From Thermodiscus sp. (GTDB lineage Archaea; Thermoproteota; Thermoprotei_A; Sulfolobales; Acidilobaceae): a DNA stretch of 64,000 nucleotides. Shown piece by piece: positions 35,700-44,559 of this stretch (the first letter of the stretch is position 1; each line of letters starts with the position of its first letter). The position numbers were made by a program, and so were the translations under genes. Where the stretch lies: the NCBI GenBank assembly GCA_015521175.1, contig WAOR01000009.1, positions 4,764 to 68,763 of the forward strand. The letters run 5' to 3'. The notes beneath the pieces were generated by a model that was given only the letters and a program-made list of their open reading frames with translations, searched no databases and had not been told where the DNA came from.

Positions 35700-35932
35700 A
35701 GCTCGTCCGCCTCATCGAGCTCTCTCTCAGCCGCGTCAAGGTCTACTCTTAGCTTTCTCCCCCTCTCTCTTAATTCCATCCATAAATCCTTAGTTTTTAA
35801 GATTATTGCATCTTTTTCTACTCTTACATCAAGAACCATTCCCTCTCTTAATCCGAGCTCCTCGCGTATCTCTTTTGGTATGACTATTACGCCACGCTTA
35901 CCTATGCGGACTCGCGAATGTCGCCTCGGCAT
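35669..35932 (-). CDS. vapB: AbrB/SpoVT-type antitoxin (VapB-like)
   Basis: Start taken at the ATG at 35932 (MPRRHSRVRIGKRGVIVIPKEIREELGLREGMVLDV...). The listed ORF extends to a GTG at 35956. Confidence 0.7.
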   Translation of the reverse strand: MPRRHSRVRIGKRGVIVIPKEIREELGLREGMVLDVRVEKDAIILKTKDLWMELRERGRKLRVDLDAAERELDEADELWLNRFQQQL

Positions 35933-36057
35933 CCAGGTCACCAGGATCAATATCACTTAGGTTTTCAGACTCCGGTAAAATGTCTATCTGATAATTATAA
36001 AATACGTTATAATTTATTTTTATTAATTATTATTTATTAATATTCGAGTATTATAGA

Positions 36058-36963
36058 CTAGGTGGCAGAAACGCTGTCAGAGTCCTCTTTCGCCCCCTTG
36101 TAGATTTCGGGGCTTATGCCGAGGGATTCGGGGCTTAGGTCGATTTCGATTAGCTTTCTCTTATCAGCTGTCTCGATAGTGTAGATTAGGTTCAAGGCTT
36201 CTATCATGCTCTTGAACTCTTCCTCGGTCAGGTCGCCTAGGTGTTTAACCATCTCAGCTATCAGCCTCTTCTTCCTCTCCAACGGGGATACCGGCTCTTC
36301 GAGCATCACCACTTTCACCAGGCCCGCGGCCAGGCTTGACAGGAAGAATGTGAACAATCCTATGCCTACGAGCATTATCATTCCTGCTATGGCCTTGCCG
36401 AGTCCTGTTACCGGTACCATGTCGCCGTAGCCTACGGTAGTTATCGTTGCAAGTGTTAGCCAGAGGGCGTCTAGGTAGGAGTGCACACTGCTACCCGGGG
36501 CTCCCGCTTCTGCAAGGTAGATTATCACGCTCCCTCCGAGAATAGTAACGCTGGCTAGTATGCCTGCCTGGATAATTATAGTGTCGAGCATCTTACCGAG
36601 CCTGCCCATGCTCGACGCGATGTACCAGAGATCATAGGCCCCTCGTCCAGCCCGCAGGGCGGCTAGTAGTATTATGAGGGGCCAGAGGGGGATGCCTTGT
36701 TGGACCACTAGGCCCGGTTGCGAGACTTTTACCGCGAGCCATAGTGGCGTGCTCGACACTAGTACTAGTGCTAGGGGGACCCCTGCTATTAGGCCTGCTA
36801 GGAGCATTATGGGGGTGAAGGCGAGGTCTACTAGGAGGAACTCGGGTGAGGGACCCCTGGCTAGGGCTCCATAGGCTACTCCCGCGGCTACTAGGCTCAG
36901 GAACATGTCTAGTAGTGATTTGAATCCCGGCGTCATGATAGCGTTGTCGGCGTCTCTATGCAA
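36058..36963 (-). CDS. Potassium channel (pore-loop, TVGYGD selectivity filter)
   Basis: 301 aa. N-terminal TM helices, pore ATITTVGYGDMVPVT, inner helix, and a short cytoplasmic C-terminal domain. Confidence 0.85.
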   Translation of the reverse strand: MHRDADNAIMTPGFKSLLDMFLSLVAAGVAYGALARGPSPEFLLVDLAFTPIMLLAGLIAGVPLALVLVSSTPLWLAVKVSQPGLVVQQGIPLWPLIILLAALRAGRGAYDLWYIASSMGRLGKMLDTIIIQAGILASVTILGGSVIIYLAEAGAPGSSVHSYLDALWLTLATITTVGYGDMVPVTGLGKAIAGMIMLVGIGLFTFFLSSLAAGLVKVVMLEEPVSPLERKKRLIAEMVKHLGDLTEEEFKSMIEALNLIYTIETADKRKLIEIDLSPESLGISPEIYKGAKEDSDSVSAT

Positions 36964-37093
36964 CGAGTCTACCCCGAAGGATGTTGATGGCCTCCTCCCG
37001 GCATGAGGGGAGGAGACCCCCGTAATACCCGGTGTAGGAGAGGATTCATATCGCTCTGCTCCTAGTTTTTAAGAGAGGGAGGGGTCTCTGGGT

Positions 37094-37819
37094 TTGCCTA
37101 CGCGCCTCTTATACCAGGAGGATAGCTACCTTAGGGAGTTCGAGGCTAGCGTTGTAAGGGTGGACGGCGATATCGTAGTCCTAGACGCTACTGCCTTCCA
37201 CCCGAGGCCCAGCGGAGGCTTGGACGCCGACCACGGCTACTTATTTAGGGGTGAGGAGAGCTTCCGAGTCGAGGATACAATCCTGCTCGACAATGGAGAC
37301 GTCGGCCACGTCGCCAGAGGCCACCGGCTCGAGCCTGGAGACAGGGTTAAGGGGGTGATCGACTGGGATCGCAGGTATAGGATGATGAAGCTCCACACCG
37401 CCAGCCACATCCTAGCCGCCATACTATACAACAGGTACGGGGCCCTCGTCACCGGAGGCCACATTGCCCCAGACATCGCGAAGGACGACTTCGACCTCTC
37501 AATGATCAGCGGTGACTGGAAGAAGGTGTTACTAGAGGCAGTAGAGGAGACCAACGAGATAATTGGCAAGTGCATAGAGGTCAAAGTATACTGGCTCCCC
37601 AGGGAGGAAGCCCTCAAAATACCGGGACTAGTAAAGCTTGCTGACAAGCTTCCTCCCAGCGTTGATAGATTGAGGATCGTCGAGATCCCCGGAGTGGATA
37701 TCCAGGCGGACGGGGGCCCTCACGTGAGGAATACCTGTGAGATCGGTGGTATACGGGTTGTCAAACTGGAGAGTAAGGGTAGGAGGAGGCGCCGTATATA
37801 CTATACACTAATGTATTGA
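37094..37819 (+). CDS. alaX: Alanyl-tRNA editing protein AlaX (AlaX-M type)
   Basis: 241 aa. Editing-domain metal motifs HTASHIL and GGPHVRNTCEIG, with an N-terminal beta-barrel region as in AlaX-M. Confidence 0.85.
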   Translation: MPTRLLYQEDSYLREFEASVVRVDGDIVVLDATAFHPRPSGGLDADHGYLFRGEESFRVEDTILLDNGDVGHVARGHRLEPGDRVKGVIDWDRRYRMMKLHTASHILAAILYNRYGALVTGGHIAPDIAKDDFDLSMISGDWKKVLLEAVEETNEIIGKCIEVKVYWLPREEALKIPGLVKLADKLPPSVDRLRIVEIPGVDIQADGGPHVRNTCEIGGIRVVKLESKGRRRRRIYYTLMY

Positions 37820-38696
37820 TTATATGTATACTTTTTGGGTTTAATAAACACTACTATATTAGTGAATATAATCACGTTATGAAATAATATAATACTAAAT
37901 AAACAACACACAAGGCGCATCATATAGGTGGCTCGACAGGCTCTCCTAGAAGCCTCCTAGGAGACCTCCGTTTCAAGCCACCAGTAAGCCGAACGAGGTG
38001 TACTAAGCGTGGACCCTAAGTTAGCGGGGATACTCGTAGTAGTCATAATAGTTATAAAAAGGAGCCGGTACTGGCCTAGAAAAGCTCCCATGGAGGCAAC
38101 TAAGGCACTATCCTCACAATTGGGACCGCGACTGTAACCCCCCACTATGGGCCAGCAGAGTACAGCGTCACATTGCGGAGTACGTCGAAAGAGCGTGACA
38201 GAGCGTCTACCGTGGAAAGTATGGGAGAGATGGTGGAGATGGGTCATAGTTGAGGAATGCCTAAGCCGATACAAGGGATGCCAAAGACTGCTGGGACCTA
38301 CGTTGCGGGGTGGATACTGATCAGCATTGCCATCAATTGTTCTATGATAACGGTGGGTACCGCGCAACACAGACAATCATAAGCCAGGGCCAGAGAAGCC
38401 CGACACGCACTGCGTTAACCGCCTTTATAGTAGGAGGCTATGAGTACGCGGCGACATACCACCTAGAGAATTATGACGATGGCTGGGAGAATAGATGATT
38501 CGGGAGATAGTTGCCAACCGGAAAGAGGCCAGGTAGAACTATACGAGGATAGCTACGATAAGTAATGGAACCCGGGTACAGGCCTCGGCGTAATCGGCGG
38601 TCAGCCATTCCTGGCATATATAACCATATAGGTAACCAGTACTGGGACCGTGGATCTAGCGATACAGTGTAGCCGTATCAGGGTTGAACCCGGCTC

Positions 38697-39146
38697 CTAC
38701 TCTAGGGCCTCTTTTACGCTTCCTTTTTCCTCCATTCTTCCTATAATTATCCACATGAACGATAATATTAAGAATACTATTCCTAGGCTTAGTAGCATTA
38801 GCCAGTCCAGGTGCCTTATCTCCACGCTAATGATCTCCCTGAGGACCGCTAGCATTGCGGCTTCTATGACTATTCTTATCGGGAACTTCCTCCTTACCAC
38901 GGCTGTCAGTAGTGTTCTAAGTATGTCTATTGCTAGGATGAGTAGTAGTATCATGTCGAGAAGGGTTAGTACGTCGTTCTTAGTGGGGTTTGGATTTTCT
39001 ATTAGGACTACATACATTTCCTCGAAGAGTTTGATCGATGAGAGCACTATTGTTAGGGCCAGTATTACGGCTAGCAGTAGTTCCAGCGAGTCTATTATTA
39101 GGCGCATAGCCTTGTAGCCAGCGTTATCCTCCAACCCCTCTCCCAT
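38697..39146 (-). CDS. Small 4-TM membrane protein, PsiE-like (tentative)
   Basis: 149 aa. Four hydrophobic helices with a layout and length reminiscent of phosphate-starvation-inducible PsiE. By-eye only. Confidence 0.45.
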   Translation of the reverse strand: MGEGLEDNAGYKAMRLIIDSLELLLAVILALTIVLSSIKLFEEMYVVLIENPNPTKNDVLTLLDMILLLILAIDILRTLLTAVVRRKFPIRIVIEAAMLAVLREIISVEIRHLDWLMLLSLGIVFLILSFMWIIIGRMEEKGSVKEALE

Positions 39147-39238
39147 TATGACAAACGGGGGGCAGAGTTTTATGCTTACCCGAAGAGACCCTCATTTAAT
39201 AATGCCGGGATACCAGTGAATGTATCGGGGATGTATAG

Positions 39239-39664
39239 ATGCCGTGGGGCAGATGGTGGCGCCGAGGCTGGGGGGCTGGGAGAGGATCCGGCTGGGGCTG
39301 GAAGAACTGGGGACCCGGTCCAGCAATACAGGTACCGGCCCAGCTGGAGCCCGGGACCATGAGCCTAAGCGTTGCGCCTCCAGGGAGCCGTGTTATCGTT
39401 AAGGCGATTGTCGCCGGGATGGGAGCTTATAACCGGATACTGAGCCTGGGCATTGCCCCCGGAACCGAGCTAGAGGTAGTTGAGAATAACATGTACTATC
39501 CATGGAGCCCCGTGATAGTTAGGGTTAGGGGCGTCGAGGTGGCGATAGGCAGGGGGCTTGCTGACAAGATACTGGTTGTCCCGGCGAGCAGAGAGGTTAG
39601 TGGAGGCGTTCGAGCGCCCGGCGAACAGCCTCAAGGCTCTCAGGGTTCTCCATCACAGGGCTAG
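39239..39664 (+). CDS. FeoA-domain protein with Trp/Gly/Arg-rich N-terminal extension (start uncertain)
   Basis: Residues 41-115 (MSLSVAPPGSRVIVKAIVAGMGAYNRILSLGIAPGTELEVVENN...VIVRVRGVEVAIGRGLADKILV) look like a FeoA SH3-like domain. Residues 1-40 are MPWGRWWRRGWGAGRGSGWGWKNWGPGP.... An alternative start is the ATG at 39359. Confidence 0.6.
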   Translation: MPWGRWWRRGWGAGRGSGWGWKNWGPGPAIQVPAQLEPGTMSLSVAPPGSRVIVKAIVAGMGAYNRILSLGIAPGTELEVVENNMYYPWSPVIVRVRGVEVAIGRGLADKILVVPASREVSGGVRAPGEQPQGSQGSPSQG

Positions 39665-41555
39665 GCTCGACCCTGTGGCCCCGGGCCATAGCCCTTATCA
39701 GCCTCCTCATTATCTTACCGCTCCTAGTCCTCGGGTGGTCTTCGACGACGAGTATTTCCTTGGGTTTGAAGGGCTTCCCGACCTCGCCAGCCACCTTGTC
39801 TTTTAGGGCCTCGAGCTCTTTTGTTGACAGGCTGGAGCCCGGCTTGGGTACGATGAGGCACACTATCGCCTCTCCCTTAACGGGGTCCGGTACGCCTACA
39901 CAGGCGGACTCCTTCACTTTCTCGTGCTTGTTGAGGACGGCCTCTATCTCCGCCGGGCCGATCCTCTTCCCGGCTACCTTTATCACGTCGTCCGCCCTGC
40001 CCAGTATGAACCAGTAGCCGTCCTCGTCTATGAGTGCCAGGTCCCCGTGGTACCACATGCCGGGGAACCTGCTCCAGTATGTTTCAATGTAGCGCTGGGG
40101 GTCCCTCCACAGGCCCCGGGTCATACTTGGCGCAGGCTTCCTCGCAACGAGGTAGCCGGGGGTCCCCCGGACAGGGTTACCATTATCGTCTACTACGTCT
40201 ACATCCATTCCCAGGCCGGGGCCCCAGAGGGTGGAGGGTTTGAGGGGTACTACTGGGCTTGGGAGAACAAAGCACCCGAAGATCTCTGTGCCCCCGGAGA
40301 GGTTTATCATGGGCCTCTTCTCTTCTCCCACATCTCTCACGATCCACAGCCAGGTCTGCGGATCTATGGGTTCCCCGGTGTTCCCGAAGGCCCGGAGCGA
40401 TGATATGTCGTGTTTCTCCACCTCTTCTATACCGTAGCTCCGGAGCATCCTCGCGACTGTCGCGGCGAAGCCGAAGTGCGTCACCCTGTACTTCTCTATG
40501 AGGCTCCACACCCTGTCCCTAGCAGGATAGTCTATCCCTCCCTCCACTACTAGGTGGCTTGCACCATGGAATTGTGAGCCGAAGACTTGCCACGGGCCCA
40601 TCATCCAGCCTATATCGCTAATCCACCACAGCCTATCACTGCTCCCGGGCTTAATGTCGAGGTTGAAGTAGTGCTCCTTGGAGGGCTGTAGTAGTGCTCC
40701 GGCGTGGCTTATCACTGCCCCCTTAGGCTTACCAGTCGTGCCGCTAGTGTAGAGTAGGAGGGCTGGATCTTCCGCTTCCGTCTCCTCGGGCTCCGGGGTG
40801 GGCCTCTTGCCTTCTACGACCCTGTGCCACCATACATCTACATCATCGTTCCAAGGCACATCCACCCCTAGCCTCCTGATCACCACGACTCTAGCCGGAT
40901 AGCCTGCCTGCTTCCTAGCCTCGTCCGCGTTCTCCTTCAGGATTATCTTCCTCCCCTTTCTATAGTAGCCGTCGACTGTGACCATCACCTTGGCCTCTGA
41001 GTCTGCTAGCCTCTGGGCCACGGCTGGCGGGGCGAAGCCGGAGAATATGGGGCTCGCTATAGCGCCTATCTCCATGGCAGCTAGCATCGCGGCGATACTC
41101 TCAGGGAGCATGGGAGCATAGATGGAGACAACGTCTCCCTTACCGACTCCCTCCTCCCTTAGATAGGCGGCGAACCTCCAAACCATGTCGCGTAGTTCCC
41201 CGTAGGTGACCCGGCGTTCCGAGCCGTCCTCGCCGACCCATGTGAAGGCCTCCTTCCCGGCCCCGTACCTCTTAGCTGGCATGTCCACAACGTTGTAGGC
41301 GGCGTTGAGCCTCCCGCCGATATACCATTTAGCCCATTCTGGGCCGCGTGAGAGGTCTACGACGTCCCTGGGCTCCCTAAACCATTCTACTCCTAGCCAG
41401 GAGGGGAGGTTTCCCCAAAACCATTTCATGTCCCGGGTAGAGGCCTTGACAAGCTCCTTGTATGTTGGGAAGCCGTGTTTCTCCATGAAGCGTGTCACGT
41501 TGGCGGTGGAGACTACTTCTGGGGGAGGAGTCCAGATGTAGCCCACGATTAGCAC
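39597..41555 (-). CDS. acs: AMP-forming acetyl/acyl-CoA synthetase
   Basis: 652 aa. AMP-binding motif LLYTSGTTGKPKG, plus ...GDLALIDEDGYWFILGRADDVIKVAGKRIGPAEIE... and a C-terminal ...PRTRSGKIMRR. Confidence 0.85.
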   Translation of the reverse strand: MLIVGYIWTPPPEVVSTANVTRFMEKHGFPTYKELVKASTRDMKWFWGNLPSWLGVEWFREPRDVVDLSRGPEWAKWYIGGRLNAAYNVVDMPAKRYGAGKEAFTWVGEDGSERRVTYGELRDMVWRFAAYLREEGVGKGDVVSIYAPMLPESIAAMLAAMEIGAIASPIFSGFAPPAVAQRLADSEAKVMVTVDGYYRKGRKIILKENADEARKQAGYPARVVVIRRLGVDVPWNDDVDVWWHRVVEGKRPTPEPEETEAEDPALLLYTSGTTGKPKGAVISHAGALLQPSKEHYFNLDIKPGSSDRLWWISDIGWMMGPWQVFGSQFHGASHLVVEGGIDYPARDRVWSLIEKYRVTHFGFAATVARMLRSYGIEEVEKHDISSLRAFGNTGEPIDPQTWLWIVRDVGEEKRPMINLSGGTEIFGCFVLPSPVVPLKPSTLWGPGLGMDVDVVDDNGNPVRGTPGYLVARKPAPSMTRGLWRDPQRYIETYWSRFPGMWYHGDLALIDEDGYWFILGRADDVIKVAGKRIGPAEIEAVLNKHEKVKESACVGVPDPVKGEAIVCLIVPKPGSSLSTKELEALKDKVAGEVGKPFKPKEILVVEDHPRTRSGKIMRRLIRAMARGHRVEPSPVMENPESLEAVRRALERLH

Positions 41556-41633
41556 CCTTTAGTATTTACTGGCAGGCTTCCAATTGTTAAATCTAAGTAG
41601 CAACATATTATAGACAAAGCGAGGTATCCCGTA

Positions 41634-42800
41634 TTGGCGAAAGCCGCTATTATAGGAGTGGGCTGGTATGGGCCCAGGCCCACGACGCCCGAGGTCTCCT
41701 TTAGGGAGATGGTGTTCGAAGCCGCCAGCAGGGCCTACGCCGATGCTGGAGTAGACCCGAGGAAGGATGTAGACGCGTTCATCAGCGCTCAAGAGGACTT
41801 CTGGGAGGGCATAGCGATAGCAGACGAGTTCGCCCCAGAGCCAGTCGGGGGAGTCCTAAGGCCCACCTTCACGGTGGCAGGAGACGGGCTACAGGCCCTT
41901 GCCCACGCGGTCATGATGATCGAGACCGGGATGTTCGATATCGTGGCTGTGGAGTCCCACGCTAAGCCTAGCGATATTGCTACACTAGGAGAAATATACG
42001 ATCTAGCCCTTGATCCCCTCCACATTCGCCCCGTGAAGCCCGCGAACCCCTTGTTCATGATGGCCTTGGATGCTCAGGCATACATGCTTAGGACTGGAGC
42101 TGACGCAAGCCACTTCGCCCTGGTCTCAGCGGAGGAGAGAGTCCGAGGCCTCAACAATCCGAGGGCTAGCTTTGCCGGGAAGGTCTCAATAGACGAGATA
42201 CTAGACTCCGAGCCAGTTATGGACCCGCTGACCCGCTACGATATAGCAGGGTTCGCCGACGCCTCAGTAGTACTAGTAGTGGCTAGGCCTGATCTGGCCG
42301 AGAAGTATACTAGCAAGCCCGTCTATATCGAGGGCGTCGGGTTCGCCACCGAGACGGGGACTGGGACGCTCGAGTGGCACACATGGGGCAGGATGCCCTC
42401 GATGAGGATCGCCGCTCTAAGGGCGTACAGCCAGGCCGGGATTGGAGACCCCTTATCCTCGACGGACTTTGCAGAGGTCGAGGACAGGGCTAGCCCGTAC
42501 CTACTGATGAGCCTTGAGGAGCTAGGGCTAGCGCCGGAGGGCGAGGCCCACAAGCTATACGAGAGGGGCGAGTACGAGTACGACGGCTACTACCCAGTCA
42601 ACCCCAGCGGCGGTAGCCTAGCAATGGGCGTTGCCCTCGAGGCTACCGGCCTCCTGAGGCTCCTCGAGGCGGTGCTACAGTTAAGGGGCGAGGCTGGAGC
42701 CCACCAGTTGTCCGACGCTGAGAGGGCTATTGTAGCATCGTGGAGGGGGCCTCCAACCACTACGAGCGCCGTGGTGGTTCTCTCTGGGCCTAGTTGTTAG
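41634..42800 (+). CDS. Thiolase-fold (SCP2-thiolase-like) protein A, lacking canonical catalytic Cys and His
   Basis: 388 aa, TTG start with GAGGT upstream. Thiolase-like N-terminus AAIIGVGW and ...VNPSGGSLAMG.... The nucleophile position reads AGDG and the GHPxGATG block reads GVALEATG. Confidence 0.75.
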   Translation: MAKAAIIGVGWYGPRPTTPEVSFREMVFEAASRAYADAGVDPRKDVDAFISAQEDFWEGIAIADEFAPEPVGGVLRPTFTVAGDGLQALAHAVMMIETGMFDIVAVESHAKPSDIATLGEIYDLALDPLHIRPVKPANPLFMMALDAQAYMLRTGADASHFALVSAEERVRGLNNPRASFAGKVSIDEILDSEPVMDPLTRYDIAGFADASVVLVVARPDLAEKYTSKPVYIEGVGFATETGTGTLEWHTWGRMPSMRIAALRAYSQAGIGDPLSSTDFAEVEDRASPYLLMSLEELGLAPEGEAHKLYERGEYEYDGYYPVNPSGGSLAMGVALEATGLLRLLEAVLQLRGEAGAHQLSDAERAIVASWRGPPTTTSAVVVLSGPSC

Positions 42801-42803
42801 GGG

Positions 42804-43991
42804 GTGGTTCGTGTGAGGGTTAACTTGCACGTGAAGGATCGTGTAGCAATTGTAGGGGCTGGAATGACCCTGTTCCGGAGGAGGCTACTGGAGACTCCTA
42901 GAGAGCTCGCTTGGGAGGCGGCGCGCCAGGCCCTAAACGAGGCTGGGCTTACACTGAGGGATATCGATTGCATAGTTACTGGTACTGCGCCGGACGCCTT
43001 CGACGGTGTTCACTTTAACGGCGAGTACCTGGCTGATGGAGCAGGAGGCTTCGGCAAGCCCGTTAGCAGGGTCTACGTCGGCGGCGGAACAGGGGTTATG
43101 GTCCCCATAGCCGCGTGGTGGCATGCGGCGAGCGGTCACTGCGACACCGTTCTGGCGGTCGCAGAGGAGAAGATGAGCCCGGCTATGCCTCACCCGCAGT
43201 ACGTCTTCGCCTACATCTGGGACCCGATACTGGAGCGCCCGCTGGGCCCGAATCTTATATGGATATTCGCTATGGAGATGAGGAGGTACATGTACAAGTG
43301 TGGCGCCAAGAAGGAGGACATCGCTCTGGTTAGCGTGAAGAACAAGAGGAATGCCCTTGACCACCCTGCGGCTCAAGCCGCCGCGAAGATTACTGTGGAG
43401 GACGTGTTGAACAGCGAGCTCCTAGTGTGGCCTGTGAACAGGCTCGACATAAGCCCGGTCAGCGATGGGGCAGTAGCCCTCGTCATTGCTAGGGAGAAGA
43501 CTGCGAGGAGGATAACTGACTCGCCCGTCTGGGTTGAGGGCGTGGGCTTCACCCTGGATAACACCCACTGGTATAACAGAGAGCTAGCATACCCTAGATA
43601 CGTCCAGTACGCAGCCAGGATGGCTTACAGGATGGCCGGTATTGAGAGGCCTTGGAAGGAGATAGACGTGGCAGAGCCCTACGATCCCTTCGACTACAAG
43701 GAGCTACACCACATAGAGGGGCTAATGCTTGCCAGGCCCTGCGAGGCGTGGAAGCTGGTCAAGGAGGGCTACTTCGACAGGGACGGCGAGCTTCCAACCA
43801 GCCCGAGCGGAGGCCTGCTAGGAGTAGGAAACCCGATAGCAGCGGCTGGTCTCATGAAGGTCGCCGAGATCTTCTGGCAGCTGAGGTACGAGGCGGGCAA
43901 GAGGCAGGTGAAGAAGCCCGTCCATAAGGGAGTCGCCCAGGCTTGGGGCGACCTCATGCAAGCTGGAACCGTTATTGTTCTAGGCAACTAG
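42804..43991 (+). CDS. Thiolase-fold (SCP2-thiolase-like) protein B, lacking canonical catalytic Cys and His
   Basis: 395 aa. RVAIVGAGMT, SGHCDTVLAVAEEKMS and SPSGGLLGVGNPIAAAG are thiolase-like. The nucleophile position reads GGTG and the His block reads GNPIAAAG. Exact start uncertain. Confidence 0.75.
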   Translation: MVRVRVNLHVKDRVAIVGAGMTLFRRRLLETPRELAWEAARQALNEAGLTLRDIDCIVTGTAPDAFDGVHFNGEYLADGAGGFGKPVSRVYVGGGTGVMVPIAAWWHAASGHCDTVLAVAEEKMSPAMPHPQYVFAYIWDPILERPLGPNLIWIFAMEMRRYMYKCGAKKEDIALVSVKNKRNALDHPAAQAAAKITVEDVLNSELLVWPVNRLDISPVSDGAVALVIAREKTARRITDSPVWVEGVGFTLDNTHWYNRELAYPRYVQYAARMAYRMAGIERPWKEIDVAEPYDPFDYKELHHIEGLMLARPCEAWKLVKEGYFDRDGELPTSPSGGLLGVGNPIAAAGLMKVAEIFWQLRYEAGKRQVKKPVHKGVAQAWGDLMQAGTVIVLGN

Positions 43992-44004
43992 GAGGTGGTA
44001 GGGA

Positions 44005-44559
44005 GTGGCGAGTGAAGGGAAGCCTGTGAATCCGCCGGGAACCTATCTTAAGAGGCAGGATCTAGAGAGGCTCCCCGGTCTGATAAGGTATAAGCCTAGT
44101 GTCAAGTACCTATTCGCCGCTGGAGAAGCGCTGTCCCGCTTCCTGAAGGGGTTGAAGGAGGGCAAGATTCTCGGGGTGAAGTGCCCCGTCTGCGGCCGAG
44201 TATACGTTCCTCCCAGAGCCTACTGCGAGTACTGCCACGTTCCCACGAGCGAGTGGGTGGAGCTGCCTGGCACTGGAGTAGTGCATACTGCCGTGGTTAG
44301 CTATATCGCTACTGACAGGAGTAGGATGGAGAAGCCCGAGATCGTAGGGGTAATACGCCTCGACGCTCCCGGCTATAGGGAGGATAGCTACGAGTTCGCC
44401 GGCCTATTCCACAAGCTCTGCGGCGTGACCCCGGAGCAGGTTATGGATGGAAGCGTGATAGGGATGAAGGTTAAGCCGAGGTGGAAGCCGCCGGAGGAGA
44501 GGACCGGTAGCATCACGGATATTGAGTGCTTCGAGCCCGTGGAGGGTGGTGAGCAGTGA
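44005..44559 (+). CDS. DUF35 protein (rubredoxin-like Zn ribbon + OB fold)
   Basis: 184 aa. Zn ribbon CPVCGRVYVPPRAYCEYC followed by an OB-fold region. This is the typical partner of thiolase-fold enzymes. Confidence 0.75.
   Translation: MASEGKPVNPPGTYLKRQDLERLPGLIRYKPSVKYLFAAGEALSRFLKGLKEGKILGVKCPVCGRVYVPPRAYCEYCHVPTSEWVELPGTGVVHTAVVSYIATDRSRMEKPEIVGVIRLDAPGYREDSYEFAGLFHKLCGVTPEQVMDGSVIGMKVKPRWKPPEERTGSITDIECFEPVEGGEQ

Noticed and set aside
37957-38376. 139-aa minus-strand ORF in the ORF-poor region
   Set aside because: His/Arg/Thr/Ser/Pro-rich with no motif, no SD or TATA context and no hydrophobic core pattern. I treat it as noise within the region reported as a finding.
38686-38695. GAACCCGGCT, a 10-nt match to the RNase P RNA CR-V/P4 3' strand consensus (ACAGAACCCGGCUUA)
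   Set aside because: I could not find the obligatory CR-I partner (GAGGAAAGUCCGGGC-like) or a complementary AGCCGGG P4 5' strand at a sensible distance. The match instead folds into a local hairpin and lies at the 3' edge of a protein gene. It is expected by chance about 0.1 times per window. Left for a covariance-model check only.
41634-42800. Possibility that thiolase-like protein A is the archaeal HMG-CoA synthase of the thiolase/HMGCS/DUF35 complex
   Set aside because: It has no HMGCS-like N-terminus or ACKAG-type Cys motif. Its motifs (VNPSGG, AIIGVG) are thiolase/SCP2-like, and it lacks any active-site Cys.
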